Assembly (NCBI GenBank): GCA_038087875.1
Contig: CM075995.1
Location: 7,380,001-7,444,000, forward strand
Source of the DNA: Malacoraja senta
Lineage: Eukaryota
DNA length: 64,000 nt
Direction: 5' to 3'
Below the pieces are notes generated by a model, which did no database searches, was not told the origin of the DNA, and saw only the letters and a list, made by a program, of their open reading frames with translations. The translations under genes were made by a program, and so were the position numbers. Positions 23,194-36,984 of the stretch are shown piece by piece (within the stretch, counting starts at the first letter, position 1; every line of letters starts with the position of its first letter).

Positions 23194-24334
23194 GTGAACA
23201 TAATTGCCTTGGTATAAGTGTAACATTGTCCCTAGTGTGTGTAGGGTACTGTTAGTGCTCGGGGACGCTGGTCGGTGCCTACTCGGTGGGCTGAAGGGCC
23301 TGTTTCTCTAAACTAAACTAAATGAGACGGGGGACCTTGAGCCGATGCCTTAGTCACCGACTGAACTGTGATTGGGCTGGGATGATGTCATGTTTCAATG
23401 CAGTACAAGCTTCACACACTGGGGCTCCTGCAGTATATTTGTCCTTTGCAATTGCCGCTCCACTATCACTTGCTTTTGTCAACAAGGCATTTTTTTTTTA
23501 TTACGGCAGTGGGAAGGGAAGGCTTAAGGCCGGCTGGAAATCAGAACGATCCCAAATGCCGCACAGTTATACACCGCATTCGGTTTCTCGGTAAAACGTT
23601 GTGAAAACAAAACCCCCTAAAGAGAGACACAAAGAAAAGCTGGAGTAACTCTGGGGGTTCGCTTTAGTTTGGTTTTAGAGATACAGCGCGGAAACAGGCC
23701 CTTCGGCCCGCCGGTTCCGTGCCGACCACCGATCCCCGCGCACTAACACTACCCTACACACGCTAGGGACAATTTACAATTTGACCTGAGCCAATTGGCC
23801 CGCAAACCTGCACGTCTTTGGAGTGGGGGAGGAAACCGTAGATCCCGTGGAAAACCCACGCAGGACACCGGGAAAACGTGCAAACTCTGTGGAATTCTCT
23901 GCCTCAGAGGGCGGTGGAGGCAGGTTCTTGGATGCTTTCAAGAGAGGGCTTTTAAAAATAAGGAGTAAGCCATTTAGAACGGAGACGAGGAAACACTTTT
24001 TCTCACAGAGAGTGGTGAGTCTGTGGAATTCTCTGCCTCAGAGGGCGGTGGAGGCGGGTTCTCTGGATGCTTTCAAGAGAGAGCTAGATAGGGCTCTTAA
24101 AAATAGCGGAGTCAGGGGATATGGGGAGAAGGCAGGAACGGGGTACTGATTGGGGATGATCAGCCATGATCACATTGAATGGCGGTGCTGGTTCGAAGGG
24201 CCAAATGGCCTACTCCTGCACCTATTGTCTATTGTCAATTGTCTATAACTCCAAACGGTCAGCGCCCATAGTCAAGATCGATCCTGGGTCTCTGGCGCTG
24301 TGAGGCAGTAACTCTACCGCCGTGCCGCCCTTAA

Positions 24335-24825
24335 AGACAGCGTCTCTGGAGAAAAGGAATAGGGTGATGTTTCGGGTCGAGACCCTTCTTCAGACTGAGA
24401 GTCAGGGGAAAGGGAAACAAGAGACGTAGACGGTGATATAGAGAGATTTGGAACAAATTAATGTAAGATATGCAAAAAAGTAATGATGTTTCAAGAAAAA
24501 GGTGGAGTCCACAAAGATCCATTGTTGGCTGTGGGCCGGGTGATAACGAGTTATACAGGCAGTGAAACTCAACAGGACGACAGTGAAACTAGTACGACGA
24601 CTAGGGTGGGGGAGGGACGGAGAGAGAGGGAAAGCAAGAGTTCCTTGAAGTTAGAGAAATCAATGTTCATGCCGCTGGGGTGAAAGCTGCCCAAGCGAAA
24701 TATGAGGTGCTGCTCCTCCAATTTGCCCTGGGCCTCACTCTGACAATGGAGGAGGCCCAGGACAGAAAGGTCAGCGTGGGGGAATTGGAGGGGGAATTAA
24801 AGTGTTTGGCAACCGGGAGATCAGG
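24335..24825 (-). mobile_element. Penelope-like element 3' end (GIY-YIG C-terminus + terminal repeat)
   Basis: Homologous to 11293-11720; hammerhead variant at 24366-24393. Confidence 0.82.
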
Positions 24826-25592
24826 CGAAAAAAAACCTATTTGCTTCTATTTGCTTTCAGGAACCAAATCTCAAAGGCCAGAGGATTTTAAGGCCTGATG
24901 CATAGACATGTGACTGCAAAGCTGAATGACACTTGTAAATAAATAAAATTTAATAATAAAAAACAAAAAACATATCATGGTTGGATCCATATTTCCTTGA
25001 CCAATCCAGGTGTCAGGGGTTTATGGGGAGAAGGCAGGAGAATGGGGTTAGGAGAGAGAGACAGATCAGCCATGATTGAATGGTACAGTAGACTTGATGG
25101 GCCGAATGGCCTAATTTTGCTCCTAGAACTTTGAATTCATGATCATCTTTGCTGGCTTTGATTTGTTATTTTCATACTTTTCATTCATTTGTTCTTTGTA
25201 CTTTTTCATAATTTTTATGTTCATAAGTTTCTCTCTCACAAGTTCATAAGTGACAGGGGCAGAATTTGTCCATTCGGCCCGTCAAGTCTACTCCACCATT
25301 CAATCACGGCTGATCTATCTCTCCCTCTCAACCCCATTCTCCTGCCTTCTCCCCATAACCTCTGACACCCGCACTAATCAAGAATCTATCTATCTCTGCC
25401 TTTAAAATATCCACTGACTTGGCCTCCACAGCCGTCTGTGGCAACGAATTCCACAGATTCACCACCCGCTGACTAACTAGTTTTCTCCTCATCTCTTTCT
25501 TAAAGGAACCTCCTATTATTCTGAGGTAGACAAAAAAAAAGCTGGAAAAACTCAGCGGGTGAGGCAGCATCTGTGGATGCGAAGGAATAGGC

Positions 25593-25620
25593 GACGTTTC
25601 GGGTCGAGACCCTTCTTCAG
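25593..25620 (-). ncRNA. Minimal hammerhead ribozyme motif (PLE repeat)
   Basis: ggU-CUGAAGAAGGGUCUCGACCCGAAACGUC-Gcc on minus. Confidence 0.65.
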
Positions 25621-25891
25621 ACCGAGGTGTGACCTCTAGTCCCAGTGGAAACATCCTCTCCACATCCGCTCTATCCAGGCCTATCACTGCTCTCTACCCC
25701 TGACTCTCAGTCTGAAGAAGGGTCTCAACCCTGAAACGTCACCTATTCCTTTTCTCCAGAGATGCTGCCCGAGTTACTCCAGCATTTTGTGTCAATCTTC
25801 GATGGTAAACCCAGCACCTGCAGTCCCCTCCCGCACAAAATAAATCTCTCCATGTACCTCGGCACTGGTGACAATAAACTGTACTGAACCT

Positions 25892-26340
25892 CAAGATTCA
25901 AGTGAGTTTATTGTCATGTATCCCTGATAGGACAATGAAATCCTTGCTTTGCTTCAGCACAACAGAACATAGTAGGCATTGACTACAAAACAGATCAGTG
26001 TGTCCATATACCATTATATAAATATACACACACATGAATAAATAAACTGATAAAGTGCAAATAACAGATAATGGGCTATTAATGTTCAGAGCTTTGTCCG
26101 AGCCAAGTTTAATAGCCTGATGGCTGTGGGGAAGTAGCTATTCCTGAACCTGGTTGTTGCAGTCTTCAGGCTCCTGTACCTTCTACCTGAAGGTAGCGGG
26201 GAGATGAGTGTGTGGCCAGGATGGTGTGGGTCCTTGATGATGCTGCCAGCCTTTTTGAAGCAGCGACTGCGATAGATCCCCTCGAGGGAAGGGAGGTCAG
26301 AGCCGATGATGGACTGGGCAGTGTTTACTACTTTTTTTGT
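25892..26340 (-). mobile_element. Rex1/Babar-like LINE 3' fragment
   Basis: The minus strand has the 'ASIIKDPxHP..SLLPSGRRYRSL..R..NSxFPxAIRLLN'-type terminus. The 3' UTR and tail are shared with ~17985-18098 and ~38020-38255. Confidence 0.7.
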
Positions 26341-29047
26341 AGTACTTGACTCTATTGTGTGATCAGGAATGCTGCTGTCATTTTTAAGTAACGTCCTCTA
26401 CGCAGAGGGCGTTGCTCCATGTATGTAATGGACCCAGGAATAGTAAAACCGGCATGAATGTAAAAGGTTTCTGGCATTCAACTGCTGTAACTTGAGAAGC
26501 TGAACCCGGCTGAGCCCCGCAAGGTTACCAAGTGTAACATCCTGACGTAATCCCCACTGGTTGGTGAACTTAAATACAGAGCAGCGAATTAGCTTAGTCA
26601 CGGCAGCACACATCATGACAGCGCGTCAGGCTTGGCTTTGGTGCATGCTCCCGGAGTTAGCTCTCAGCAAGTTTACAGAGCACACCGATGGGGCACTAAT
26701 GGCCTGAAGGTAGACAAAAATGCTGGAGAAACTCAGCGGGGTGAGGCAGCATCTATGGAGCGAAGGAATAGGTCAGAAGAAGGGTCTCAATAGACAATAG
26801 GTGCAGGAGTAGGCCATTTGGCCCTTCGAGCCAGCACCGCCATTCAATGTGATCATGGCTGATCATCCCCAATCAGTACCCCGTTCCTGCCTTCTCCCCA
26901 TATCCCCTGTCTCTGCTATTTTTAAGAGCCCTATCTAGCTCTCCCTTGAAAGCATCCAGCGAACCCGCAGAGAATTCCACAGACTCACCACTCTCTGTGA
27001 GCTAAAAGTGTTTCCTCGTCTCCGTTCTAAATGACTTACCCCTTATTCTTAAACTGTGGCCCCCGGTTCTGGAATCCCTCAACTTCGGGAACATGTTTCC
27101 TGCCTCTAGCGTGTCCATGCCCTTAACAATCTTATAGGTTTCAACCCGAAACATGTCTCGACCCGAAACGTCGCCTATTCCTTCGCTCCATAGATGCTGC
27201 CTCACCCGCTGAGTTTCTCCAGCATTTTTTGTCTACCTTCGATTTTTCCAGCATCTGCAGTTCTTTCTTAAGCACTAAAGGCCCGTGTGTGTGTGCAGAG
27301 GAGGGGAACTGTGGTGAACATTCGGCTTCCAGCCTCTTTGACCAGATTTTGGAGTACTGTGCCCCAGAGGTGGGCTCCATATCTGAGGAAGGATGTGCTG
27401 GCTCTGGAGAGGGTCCAGAGGAGGTTTACAAGAACGATCCCAGGAATGAGTGGGTTAACCTATGATGAGCGTTTGACGGCACTGGGCCTGTACTGGCTGG
27501 AGTTTAGAAGGATGAGGGGTTACCTCATTGAAACGTACAGAATAGTGAAAGGCCTGGATAGAGTGGATGTGGAGAGGATGTTTCCACTAGTGGGAGAGTC
27601 TAGGACTAGAGGTTACAGCCTCAGAATTAAAGGACATTAGTTGAGGAAGGAGATGAGGAGGAATGTCTTTAGTCAGAGGGTGGTGAATCTGTGGAATTCT
27701 TTGCCACAGAATGGCCTACTCCTGCACCAATAGACAATAGGTGCAGGAGTAGGCCATTCGGCCCTTCGAGCCTGCGCCGCCATTCAATGTGATCATGGCT
27801 GATCGTCCCCAATCCGTACCCCGTTCCTGCCTTCTCCCCATATCCCCTGACTACGCTGTCTTCAAGTGCTCTATCTAACTCTCTCTTGAAAGCGTCCAGA
27901 GAACCGACCAACGTTGTATGTTGCTAAGAAAGGCTCTTGGCAAAGCAACCCGGGAGGACGGCCACATAGTTTGACTGGGCTGCAGGAATGCTCCAAAATG
28001 TTGCCAAATGTGTTAACAAAAACATTGTCCTTATTAAGAATTGGAAAGAGGTTTGGAATAAGTTCCTCAAACCAGAAGGAGACCAGCGAGAAGAAGCAAG
28101 AGTATAGAGCTGAGGCATTTCTTAATGCAGAGCTTTAGTCAGAGGGTGGTGAACCTGTGGAATTCTTTGCCACAGACGGCTGTGGAGGCCAAGTCAGTGG
28201 ATATGTTTAAGGCAGAGATAGACAGGTTTTTGATTAGTGCGGGTGTCAGGGGTTACGGGGAGAAGGCAGGAGAATGGGGTTAGGAGGGAGAGATAGAACA
28301 GCCATGATTGAATGGCGGAGTAGACCCGATGGGCCGAATGGCCTAATTCTACTCCTATCACTTGTGACCTTATGAGAGGCCGCTTCTCTAGAGAGCAGGA
28401 ACGGGTGACGTTTTGGGTCGAGACCTTTCTTCAGACGGAGAGTCAGCGGAGAGGGAAACAAGAGATATGGAAGGGCAAGGTGTGAAAAACGAGAGATCAA
28501 AGGGGAAGCGGTTCATGGAAAATGTAGACTAGATCATTGTTAGCTGCGGGGAAGGTGACAACGAGGTCTACAGAGGCATACCGAAGCCAATGGGGTTAGG
28601 AGGGAGAGATAGATCCGCCACGGTTGAATGGCGGAATAGACTTGATGGGCTGAATGGCCTAATTCTACTCCTGTCACTTGTGACTTTATGAGCTGAGGGA
28701 TTTCCATTGCAATACTCTTCATTTTAATACAAAAGGCATTCTGACATAAGTTCAGAAGTTCCCATTCCTATTTCTCCCCGCTCCCGTCCGGCAGAAGGTA
28801 CAGAAGCTAGAAAGCCCGCACGACCAGACTCAGGAACAGCTTCTTCCCCTCTGTTATCAGGCTTCTGAATGGACCTTCCATAAGCTAGGGTCCTGTCCGA
28901 TTCACCTCTACCCCATTGTGGACATTGGACTTTGTCCCTGGAACTGATGCGCTACAATGCTGAGAACTATATTCTGCACTCTGTATCTTCCCCTTTGCCC
29001 CATCCATGGTGCTTAAGTTTGACTTGATTGCATTTAAGTCTAGAATT

Positions 29048-29578
29048 ATAGACAATATAGACAATAGACAATAGGTGCAGGAGTAGGCCATTCAGCCCTT
29101 CGAGCCAATACCGCCATTCAATGTGATCATGGCTGATCATCCCCAATCAGTACCCCGTTCCTGCCTTCTCCCCATATCCCCTGACTCCGCTATTTTTAAG
29201 AGCCCTATCTAGCTCTCTCTTGAAAGTATCCAGAGAACCTGCCTCCACCGCCCTCTGAGGCAGAGAATTCCACAGACTCACCACTCTCTGTGTGAAACAG
29301 TGCTTCCTTATCTCCGTTCTAAATGGCTTACTCCTTATTCTTAAACAGTGGCCCCTGGTTCTGGACTCCCCCAACATCGGGAACATGTTTCCTGCCTCTA
29401 GCGTGTCCAAACCCTTAACAATCTTATATGTTTCAATAAGATCCCACCTCTCATCCTTCTAAACTCCAGAGTGTACAAGCCCAGCCGCTCCATTCTCTCA
29501 GCATATGACAGTCCCGCCATCCCGGGAATTAACTTTGTAAACCTACGCTGCACTCCCTCAATAGCAAGAATGTCCTTC
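29048..29578 (-). mobile_element. CR1 LINE 3' fragment
   Basis: ORF 29147..29410 CR1 motifs; ctattgt tail. Confidence 0.9.
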
Positions 29579-30011
29579 TACGGGTGCTGTCTGTATGGAG
29601 TTTTCACGTTCTCCCCGTGACCTGCGTGGGATTTCTCCCACGCACCAAAGACTGAGAGTCAGGGGAAAGAGAAACGAGAGATATCGACGGTGATATAGCG
29701 ATTATAGAACAATTAAATGAAAGATATGCAAAAATGTAAAGATAATAAAGGAAAAAGGCCATTGTTAGCTGAGGGTTAGTTGAGAATGAGTCACACACAA
29801 CGAGATTCATCCTACTGATGGTAGACACAAAATGCTGGAGGAACTCAACGGGTCAGGCAGCATCTTTGGAGAGAAGGAATGGGCGACGTTTCGGGTCGAG
29901 ACCCTTCTTCATTCCCAAAACGTCACCCATTCCTTCTCTCTCCAGAGATACTGCCTGACCCGCTGAGTTACTCTGGCTTTTTTGTGTCAACCTTCGGTTT
30001 AAACCAGCATC

Positions 30012-30862
30012 TCAAATCAAATCAAATCAAATCAAAAACTTTATTTGCCATTTGTGCTTACACACATAGGAACTCTTGTGTGGTTGTTCAGAGAGTCAAG
30101 TCAAGTCAAGTTAAAAAGACACACAGAAAGACACATAATCTATAAACTATAAACACATATACTATGATATGTTATGAGGTGGGTCAGGACATCAGTTCAT
30201 TTTGTTTTGGGCCAAGAGTCTCACTGTGGCAGGGAAGAAGCTCTTGAAAAAGCGTGTTCTGTTTGTGACGATGCTGTCCGCTCGTCTGTGCCTGAGGTTG
30301 TATGTGCAGTTTTTGTGTTTGAGCAGGGAGTGAGCTGGATGTAGTGTGTCTCTGATGATTCTCTCTGCTCTTTTTTTGACAGCGCTGTGTGTAGATTGTT
30401 TCCATGGAGGGAGGTTCCGATCTGATAATCCTCTCTGCAGTCTTTATGACTCTTTGCAGAGCCTTCCTCTCTGTCTGTGTGGTGTTTCCATACCACACCG
30501 TAATGCCTGTGATGAGGATGCTCTCTATCAGTCCTTTGTAGACCTGGGTGAGAGGGCGACAGTGCAGACCAGCGTTTCTGAGCAGCCTGATGAAGTACAG
30601 TCTCTGCTGGGCTTTTTTCACTGTTGCCACAGTGTTCAAAGTCCAGTTCAGATCTGATGTTACTTGTAATCCCAGGTATCTGTAACCGTCAGCCCTCTCC
30701 ACCACAGTCCCCTTGAGGATGAGGGGCTGCAGGGGGGGGGGATTTTTTCTGGTCCATTATTATTTCTCTTGTCTTGTCTGTGTTGAGGCTTAGGTCGTTC
30801 ACCTCATCATAGGCAAGAATGTCGTTCACCAGATTCCTGTAGCCCGACTCGTCCCCCCGACT
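30012..30862 (-). mobile_element. Rex1/Babar-like LINE 3' part, inserted in a PLE repeat
   Basis: LNTDKTREII, YRYLG, KKAQQRLYFIRLL, IESIL...WYG motifs; (tttga)n tail; short catct duplication. Confidence 0.85.
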
Positions 30863-31518
30863 CATCTGCGGTTCCTTCCTGCACATTTCATCACACCGAT
30901 GTGATTTTTATTACAGCAGTCAAGTGATGGATTCCGTGACCTGTTTCTGACAATGGAAAGCAGCGCTCAGGAGGAACACCAACTGGGGAATTGTGACCAC
31001 GCTACCGAACATAATCATGAATGGAAAATGGTGGACTTCCTGCCGGCAATGTCCTCTCGAGACTTCCCTGAGATCACCGCTCATCCCTGGAGAACCAAAA
31101 TCACCCTTTAGCGGGTAAATTCGTAACATAACACTGTTACCACAGAAAGCTGTGGAAGCCAAATCAAGGGATATTTTTAATAGATAACAGGCAAGAGGTG
31201 CAGGAGTAGGCCATTCGGCCCTTCGAGCCAGCACCGCCATTCAATGTGATCATGGCTGATCATCCCCAATCAGTACCCCATTCCTGCCTTCTCCCCATAT
31301 CCACTGACTCCGCTATCTTCAAGAACCCTATCTAGTTCTCTCCTGAAAGTATCCAGAGAATCGGCCTCCACCGCCCTCTGAGGCAGAGAATTCCACAACT
31401 CTCTGTGTGAAAAAGTGTTTCCTCATCTCCGTTCTAAATGGCTTACCCATTTGGGCAGAGATGGATCGATTCTTGAATAGTACGGGTGTCAGGGGTCATC
31501 ATGGGGAGAAGGCAGGAC

Positions 31519-31880
31519 CACCCACTGACTAAAGAAATTCCTCCTCATCTCCTTCCTAAAGGAACGTCTTTTAATTCTGAGGCTGTGGCCTCTGGTCCTA
31601 GACTCTCCCACTGGTGGAAACATCCTCTCCACATCCACTCTGTCCAAGCCTTTCACTATTTGGTAAGTTTCGATGAGGTCCCCCCCCCTCATTCTTCTAA
31701 ACTCCAGCGAGTACAGGCCCAGTGCCGTCAAACGCTCATCATATGTTAACCCACTCATTCCTGGGATCGTTCTTGTAAACCTCCTCTGGACCCTCTCCAA
31801 TGCCAGCATATCCTTCCTCACATACGGTGCCCAAAACTGCTCGCAATATTCCAAATGTAATCATGTCAGTGCCTTATAGA
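31519..31880 (-). mobile_element. CR1 LINE fragment
   Basis: EYCEQFWAPY...[10 protein letters not shown] in ORF 31489..31854. Confidence 0.88.
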
Positions 31881-31929
31881 ACCTCAGCATTAATTGATTA
31901 TACCTTTAATAATCCTTTGCAGGAAATTA

Positions 31930-33030
31930 CAATGCCACGACAGCTTCAAAGGACTTCCTATGACTCTCAGTTTTGCACATTGGTGCAATCAGTCTCTGAC
32001 TGAAGCTGCTGCTCTTGATCACCTTCAGGGCATGGAGTGGGTGAGTGGGGTTGGTCATTATAGAACCCAGTTTATTCAGAGTTCTGGCCTCTGCCACCTG
32101 CTGGACCGTTCGTTGCTCAGCCCCGACCACTGAGCCGGCCTTCCTGATCAGTTTGTCCAGTCTGTTTTTGTCCGCTATGCGAGCGCCATCTCCCCAACAG
32201 GCCACCGCAAAAAACAGAGCACTGGCCACCACTGAATGGTAGACACTGCACAGTAGGGGTTGGCAGATGTTAAATGCCCTCAGCCTCCTTAAAAAATACA
32301 GTCGGCTTTGTCCCTTCCTGTACACCGCCTCCATATGACACTTCCAGTCCAGCTCACTGTCAAGCTGCACACCAAGGTACCTGTGGTTAGCGACCACCTC
32401 CACCTCAGTGCCCTTAATGGTGATTGGTGTTGCTTGAGTCCTCCTCCTCCCCCTCCTGAAGTCCACAACTATCTCCTTGGTTTTTGTGGTGTTAAGATGG
32501 AGGTTATTGAGTGCACTCCACTCCACAAAGTTACTTATTATGTCTCTGTACTCCTCCTCATTGCCCCCTTTAATGAGGCCGACAACAGCTGTGTCATCCG
32601 AAAATTTCTGCAAAAAGCAGCTGTTGGTGTTATATTGGAGATCCGCTGTGTAGATGGTAAACAGGAATGGAGCCAGCACAGTTCCTTGTGGAGCCCCTGT
32701 GCTGCTCAAGATGGTGCTTGAGACATTGTTGTTCTGTAGGCGCACGTACTGGGGTCTGAGGGAAAGGTAATCCAAACACCACAGTACCAGTGATGGTTCC
32801 ACTTTCATCTTCTCCATCTTCTCCCCTAGCAGTCGGGGCTGAATTGTGTTGGAGGCGCTTGAAAAGTCAAAAAATGTAATCCTTACAGATGCATCAGTAG
32901 TGTCCAAATGTGTGTACACCCTCTGCAGCATGTAAATGAGGGCATCATCGACACTGATGTTAGGCTGATATGCAAACTGTAAAGGATCCATTTGATTTGA
33001 CACACCTGTTTTAATATTCTAGCCCTCTCG
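31930..33030 (-). mobile_element. Rex1/Babar LINE reverse transcriptase fragment (358-aa open frame)
   Basis: DPLQFAYQ, FFDFSSAxNTI, GAPQGTVLAPFLFTIY, FSDD, LNxxKTKE, YLGV motifs. Confidence 0.92.
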
Positions 33031-34356
33031 AAGACGGATGCAAAGTAATTATTTAATTTGCCATCATTTCATTTTCTCCTTTATTAAAACTCCTGTTTCT
33101 GTCCTTAAGGAGCTTACATTTTTCCCTAGTCCTGATTTAAAAAAAACTCTCTCTCTTGGGCCTCCTCCACTGTCAGAGTGAGGCCCAGCGCAAATTGGAG
33201 GAACAGCACCTCATATTCCGCTTGGGCAGCTTGCACCCCAGTGGTATGAGGGATAAATTCTCCCATTTTAGGTGAGGTTTAGTTTATAATAATAATAATA
33301 GATTTTATTTATATAGCGCTTTTCAGGACTCAAAGTCGCTTGGCACGTATACTGAAGTACAGCGAAACAGGCCCTTCGGCCCACCGAGTCCGCACTGACC
33401 GATGATCCCTGCACACTAACTAACTATCCCACACCGCACCAGGGACAATTTACACATACACCAAACCAGCTCAGCTTAGTGTAGAGATACAGCGCGGAAA
33501 CAGGCCCTTCGGCCCACCGAGTCCGCACCGGCCAGCGATCCCCGCACATTAACACAAAGCCGACACACACCAGGGACAATTTACACCTACGCCAAGAATA
33601 CAAATTCACCTACAAACCTGCACGTCTTTGGAGTGTGGGGGGGAAACCGAAGATCTCTGAGAAAACCCACGCAGGTCACGGGGAGAACGTGCAAACTCCG
33701 TACAGACAGCGCCCGTAGTCGGGATCGAACCCGGGTCTCTGGTGCTGTTAGGCAGCAACCCTACCCCTGCATTCGATGTCATCCAGGCAAAGAAAAACTG
33801 TACATCTTAGTTTTGAATGTCTTAGTTTAATGTCACGTGTACCGAGGTACAGTGAATAGCTTCTGTTGCGTCCTAAATAGATATCGGAAAGACAATACAT
33901 GATTACAATCGAGCCATTCACAGTGTACAGATACATGATAAGGGAATAATGTTTAGTGCAAGGTTAAGCCAGTAAAGTCAGATCAAAGATAGTCGAATGG
34001 CCCCCCGATCAGGTAGCTAGTAGGTCAGGACAGCTCTCTAGGTGTTGATAGATGGTTCAGTTGCCTGATGGCAGCTGGGAAGAAACTGTCCTTGAATCTG
34101 GAGGTGTGCAAATTCACGCTTCCACGCGTTGACAGCTCATAACGTCGTAAGCGATAGGAGCAGAATGAGGCCATTCGGCCCGTCCAGCCTAGTCCGCCAT
34201 TCAATCATGGCTGATCTATCTCTCCCTCCTAACCCCATTCTCCTGCCTTCTCCCCGTAACCTCTGACACAGTGTACGCTGGCTAAGGGAAAGAAATTTAA
34301 TGGAAGATAAAGTCAGATTAAAGATAGTTTAAAGGTCTCCAATGAGGTCAATGGGT

Positions 34357-34955
34357 AACATAGTAACATAGAAAATAGGTGCAGGAGGAGGCCATTCGGC
34401 CCTTCGAGCCAGCACCGCCATTCATTGTGATCATGGCTGATCGTCCCCAATCAATAACCCGTGCCTGCCTTCTCCCCATATCCCTTGACTCCACTAGCCC
34501 CTAGAGCTCTATCTAACTCTCTCTTAAATCCATCCAGTGACTTGGCCTCCACTGCCCTCTGTGGCAGGGAATTCCACAAATTCACAACTCTCTGGGTGAA
34601 AACGTTTTTCCTCACCTCATCCTTAAATGACCTCCCCTTTATTCTAAGACTGTGGCCCCTGGTTCTAGACTGGCCCAACATTGGGAACATTTTTCCTGCA
34701 TCTAGCTTGTCCAGTCCTTTTATAATTTTATATGTTTCTATAAGATCCCCCCTCATCCTTCTAAACTCCAGTGAATACAAGCCTAGTCTTTTCAATCTTT
34801 CCTCATATGACAGTCCCGCCATCCCAGGGATCAATCTCGTGAACCTACGCTGCACTGCCTCAATCACAAGGATGTCCTTCCTCAAATTAGGAGACCAAAA
34901 CTGTACACAATACTCCAGATGTGGTCTCACCTGAGCCCTGTACAACTGCAGAAGA
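34357..34955 (-). mobile_element. CR1 LINE 3' fragment
   Basis: [19 protein letters not shown]...RTRGH in ORF 34451..34990. Confidence 0.92.
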
Positions 34956-35144
34956 AGTTGTATAAGGCTCGCGTGGGTTTTCTCCCTCACTCCAAAGGCT
35001 ACAGGTTTGTCGGTTAATTCGCTTGGTATAAGTGTAAATTGACCCTAGTGTGTTTAGGGTAGTGTTAGTGTGCGGGCTTCGCTGGTCAGAGCCGACTCGG
35101 TGAGGCGAAGGGCCTGTTTCTGCGCTGTATCTCTGAAATAAAAT

Positions 35145-36177
35145 CTTTTTTTTTTTTTTTTTTTGTTTATTTTATTAGAAGTTAATACAATACAAAACAA
35201 TACAGTGGCACCTAATTTTAGGTGCCAACTATGTCATAACGTAATGCATTCTATGTACAACCTCTAGTTTTATGTTTTTGAAAAGGAGGTAAAAAATAAA
35301 AAAAAATAAAGAAAAAAATAGAGAAAAGAAAGAGGAAAAATAAATAGTAGAAAATAGAAAAACGTGAAGTGTGTATATAAGAAAAGAAAAAATAGAAAGT
35401 AGAAATAGTAGAAAAAGACCCTGAAAAAAGAAATTTTCAAATCTTTGTTTGGAGATGTAAATCTATCCACGACCTGACCTGAAATCAGTAATCTTTACGG
35501 TACTGCTGCATCACATGATGCCAAAAAGTCAATGAAAGGGGACCAACTCCTTAAGAATTGGTCATATTTATCTATTAGGCGGAGTCTCATTTCTTCAAGG
35601 TGTGCTATGTCCGTCATATTCCTAATCCACATTTTAATAGTTGGTATAGCTGTATTTTTCCAAAATTTAAGTATCAATTTCTTTCCAATTATTAACCCAT
35701 AATTAAAGAATACTTTTTGGTCTTTGTTTAAATTGATATCTTCTAATATTATTCCAAATATAATCCATTCCATATTAGGTTCTATTCTTGACTTGAAGAG
35801 CTTTGTAAATATATCAAATATATCGCTCCAAAATGTATTCAACTTTGTACATCCTACAAATGAATGTGTTATATTGGCATTTTGAAACAAACATTTATCG
35901 CATCTGGGAGAGACATTTGAGTAAAATTTATTCAGCCTCGTTTTTGAATAATATAGTCTATGTTAATAATTTAAATTGAATTAAATTATGTCTTGCATTA
36001 ATGGAACAATTATGTGTGTTCATCAGATATTTTTCCCATCTATCTTTCGGGATCTTTATCATTAGTTCATGTTCCCAATCTTCTCTTAGTGCCTCTGTTG
36101 AGGGTAATTCTCTATTTAATATACTATTATAAAAATATGATATTAGTTTTTGTGAATCAGCCTTAATATTCATTGCT
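35145..36177 (-). mobile_element. 5'-truncated L1-clade LINE with poly(A) and TSD
   Basis: CSINARHNLIQFK, KKLILKFWK, WSPF terminus; poly(T) on + at 35146-35164. TSD tctgaaataaaat (35132-35144) / tctgaactaaaat (36178-36190). Confidence 0.88.
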
Positions 36178-36984
36178 TCTGAACTAAAATAACAAAATTA
36201 GCATAGCAATGCGCTGTACTTCTATGCACAAAAAAGATAAATTGCACAGATAGGTTTAAAGTGAATGGAGAAAAATGTAATAGGAACCCGAGGGGTAACC
36301 TTTTTCACACAAAGGGTGGCGGGTGTATGGAACGAGCTGCCGGAGGAGGTAGTTGAGGCAGGGACTATCCCAACGTTCAAGAAACAGTTAGACAGGTACA
36401 TGGATAGGACAGGTTTCGAGGGCAGGCAGGTGGGACTAGCGTAGCTGGGACATGTTGGTCGGTGCGGGCGGGTTGGGCCAAAGGGTCTGTTTCCACGCTG
36501 TATCACAAGTCAACACGGTGGCGCAGTGGTAGAGTTGCAGCGCCGGAAACCCCGGTTCGATCCCGACTACGGGCGCTGTCTGTACGGAGTTTGTGTTCTC
36601 ACTGTTCTCCCCGCGCGACCTGCCGTGGGTTTTCTCCGAGGTCTTCGGTTTCCTCCCACGCTCCAAGGACGCGCAGGTTTGGCGGTTAATTGGCCTGGTG
36701 TACGTGTAAATTGTCCCTAGTGTGTGTAGGATGGTGTTAGTGTGCGGGGGATCGCTGGTCGGCGCGGACTCGGTGGGCCGAAAGGGCCTGTTTTTAGTTT
36801 AGTGCTCTATCAAAAACTAAACTGAATGTGTAGGAAGGAACTGCAGATGTGGGTTTACACCGAAGATAGACACAGAAAGCTGGAGTAACTCAGCGGGACA
36901 GGCAGCATCTCTGGAGAGAAGGAATGGGAGACGTTCTCAGGGGAGATTGAGGGAAGTTTGCAGTCGCAGTCAACAAAATAGAGA

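Noticed and set aside
24885..25010. Second copy of cd83 exon 3 after the duplicated intron flank
   Set aside because: Similarity stops at ~24885; no acceptor or Ig-coding sequence follows.
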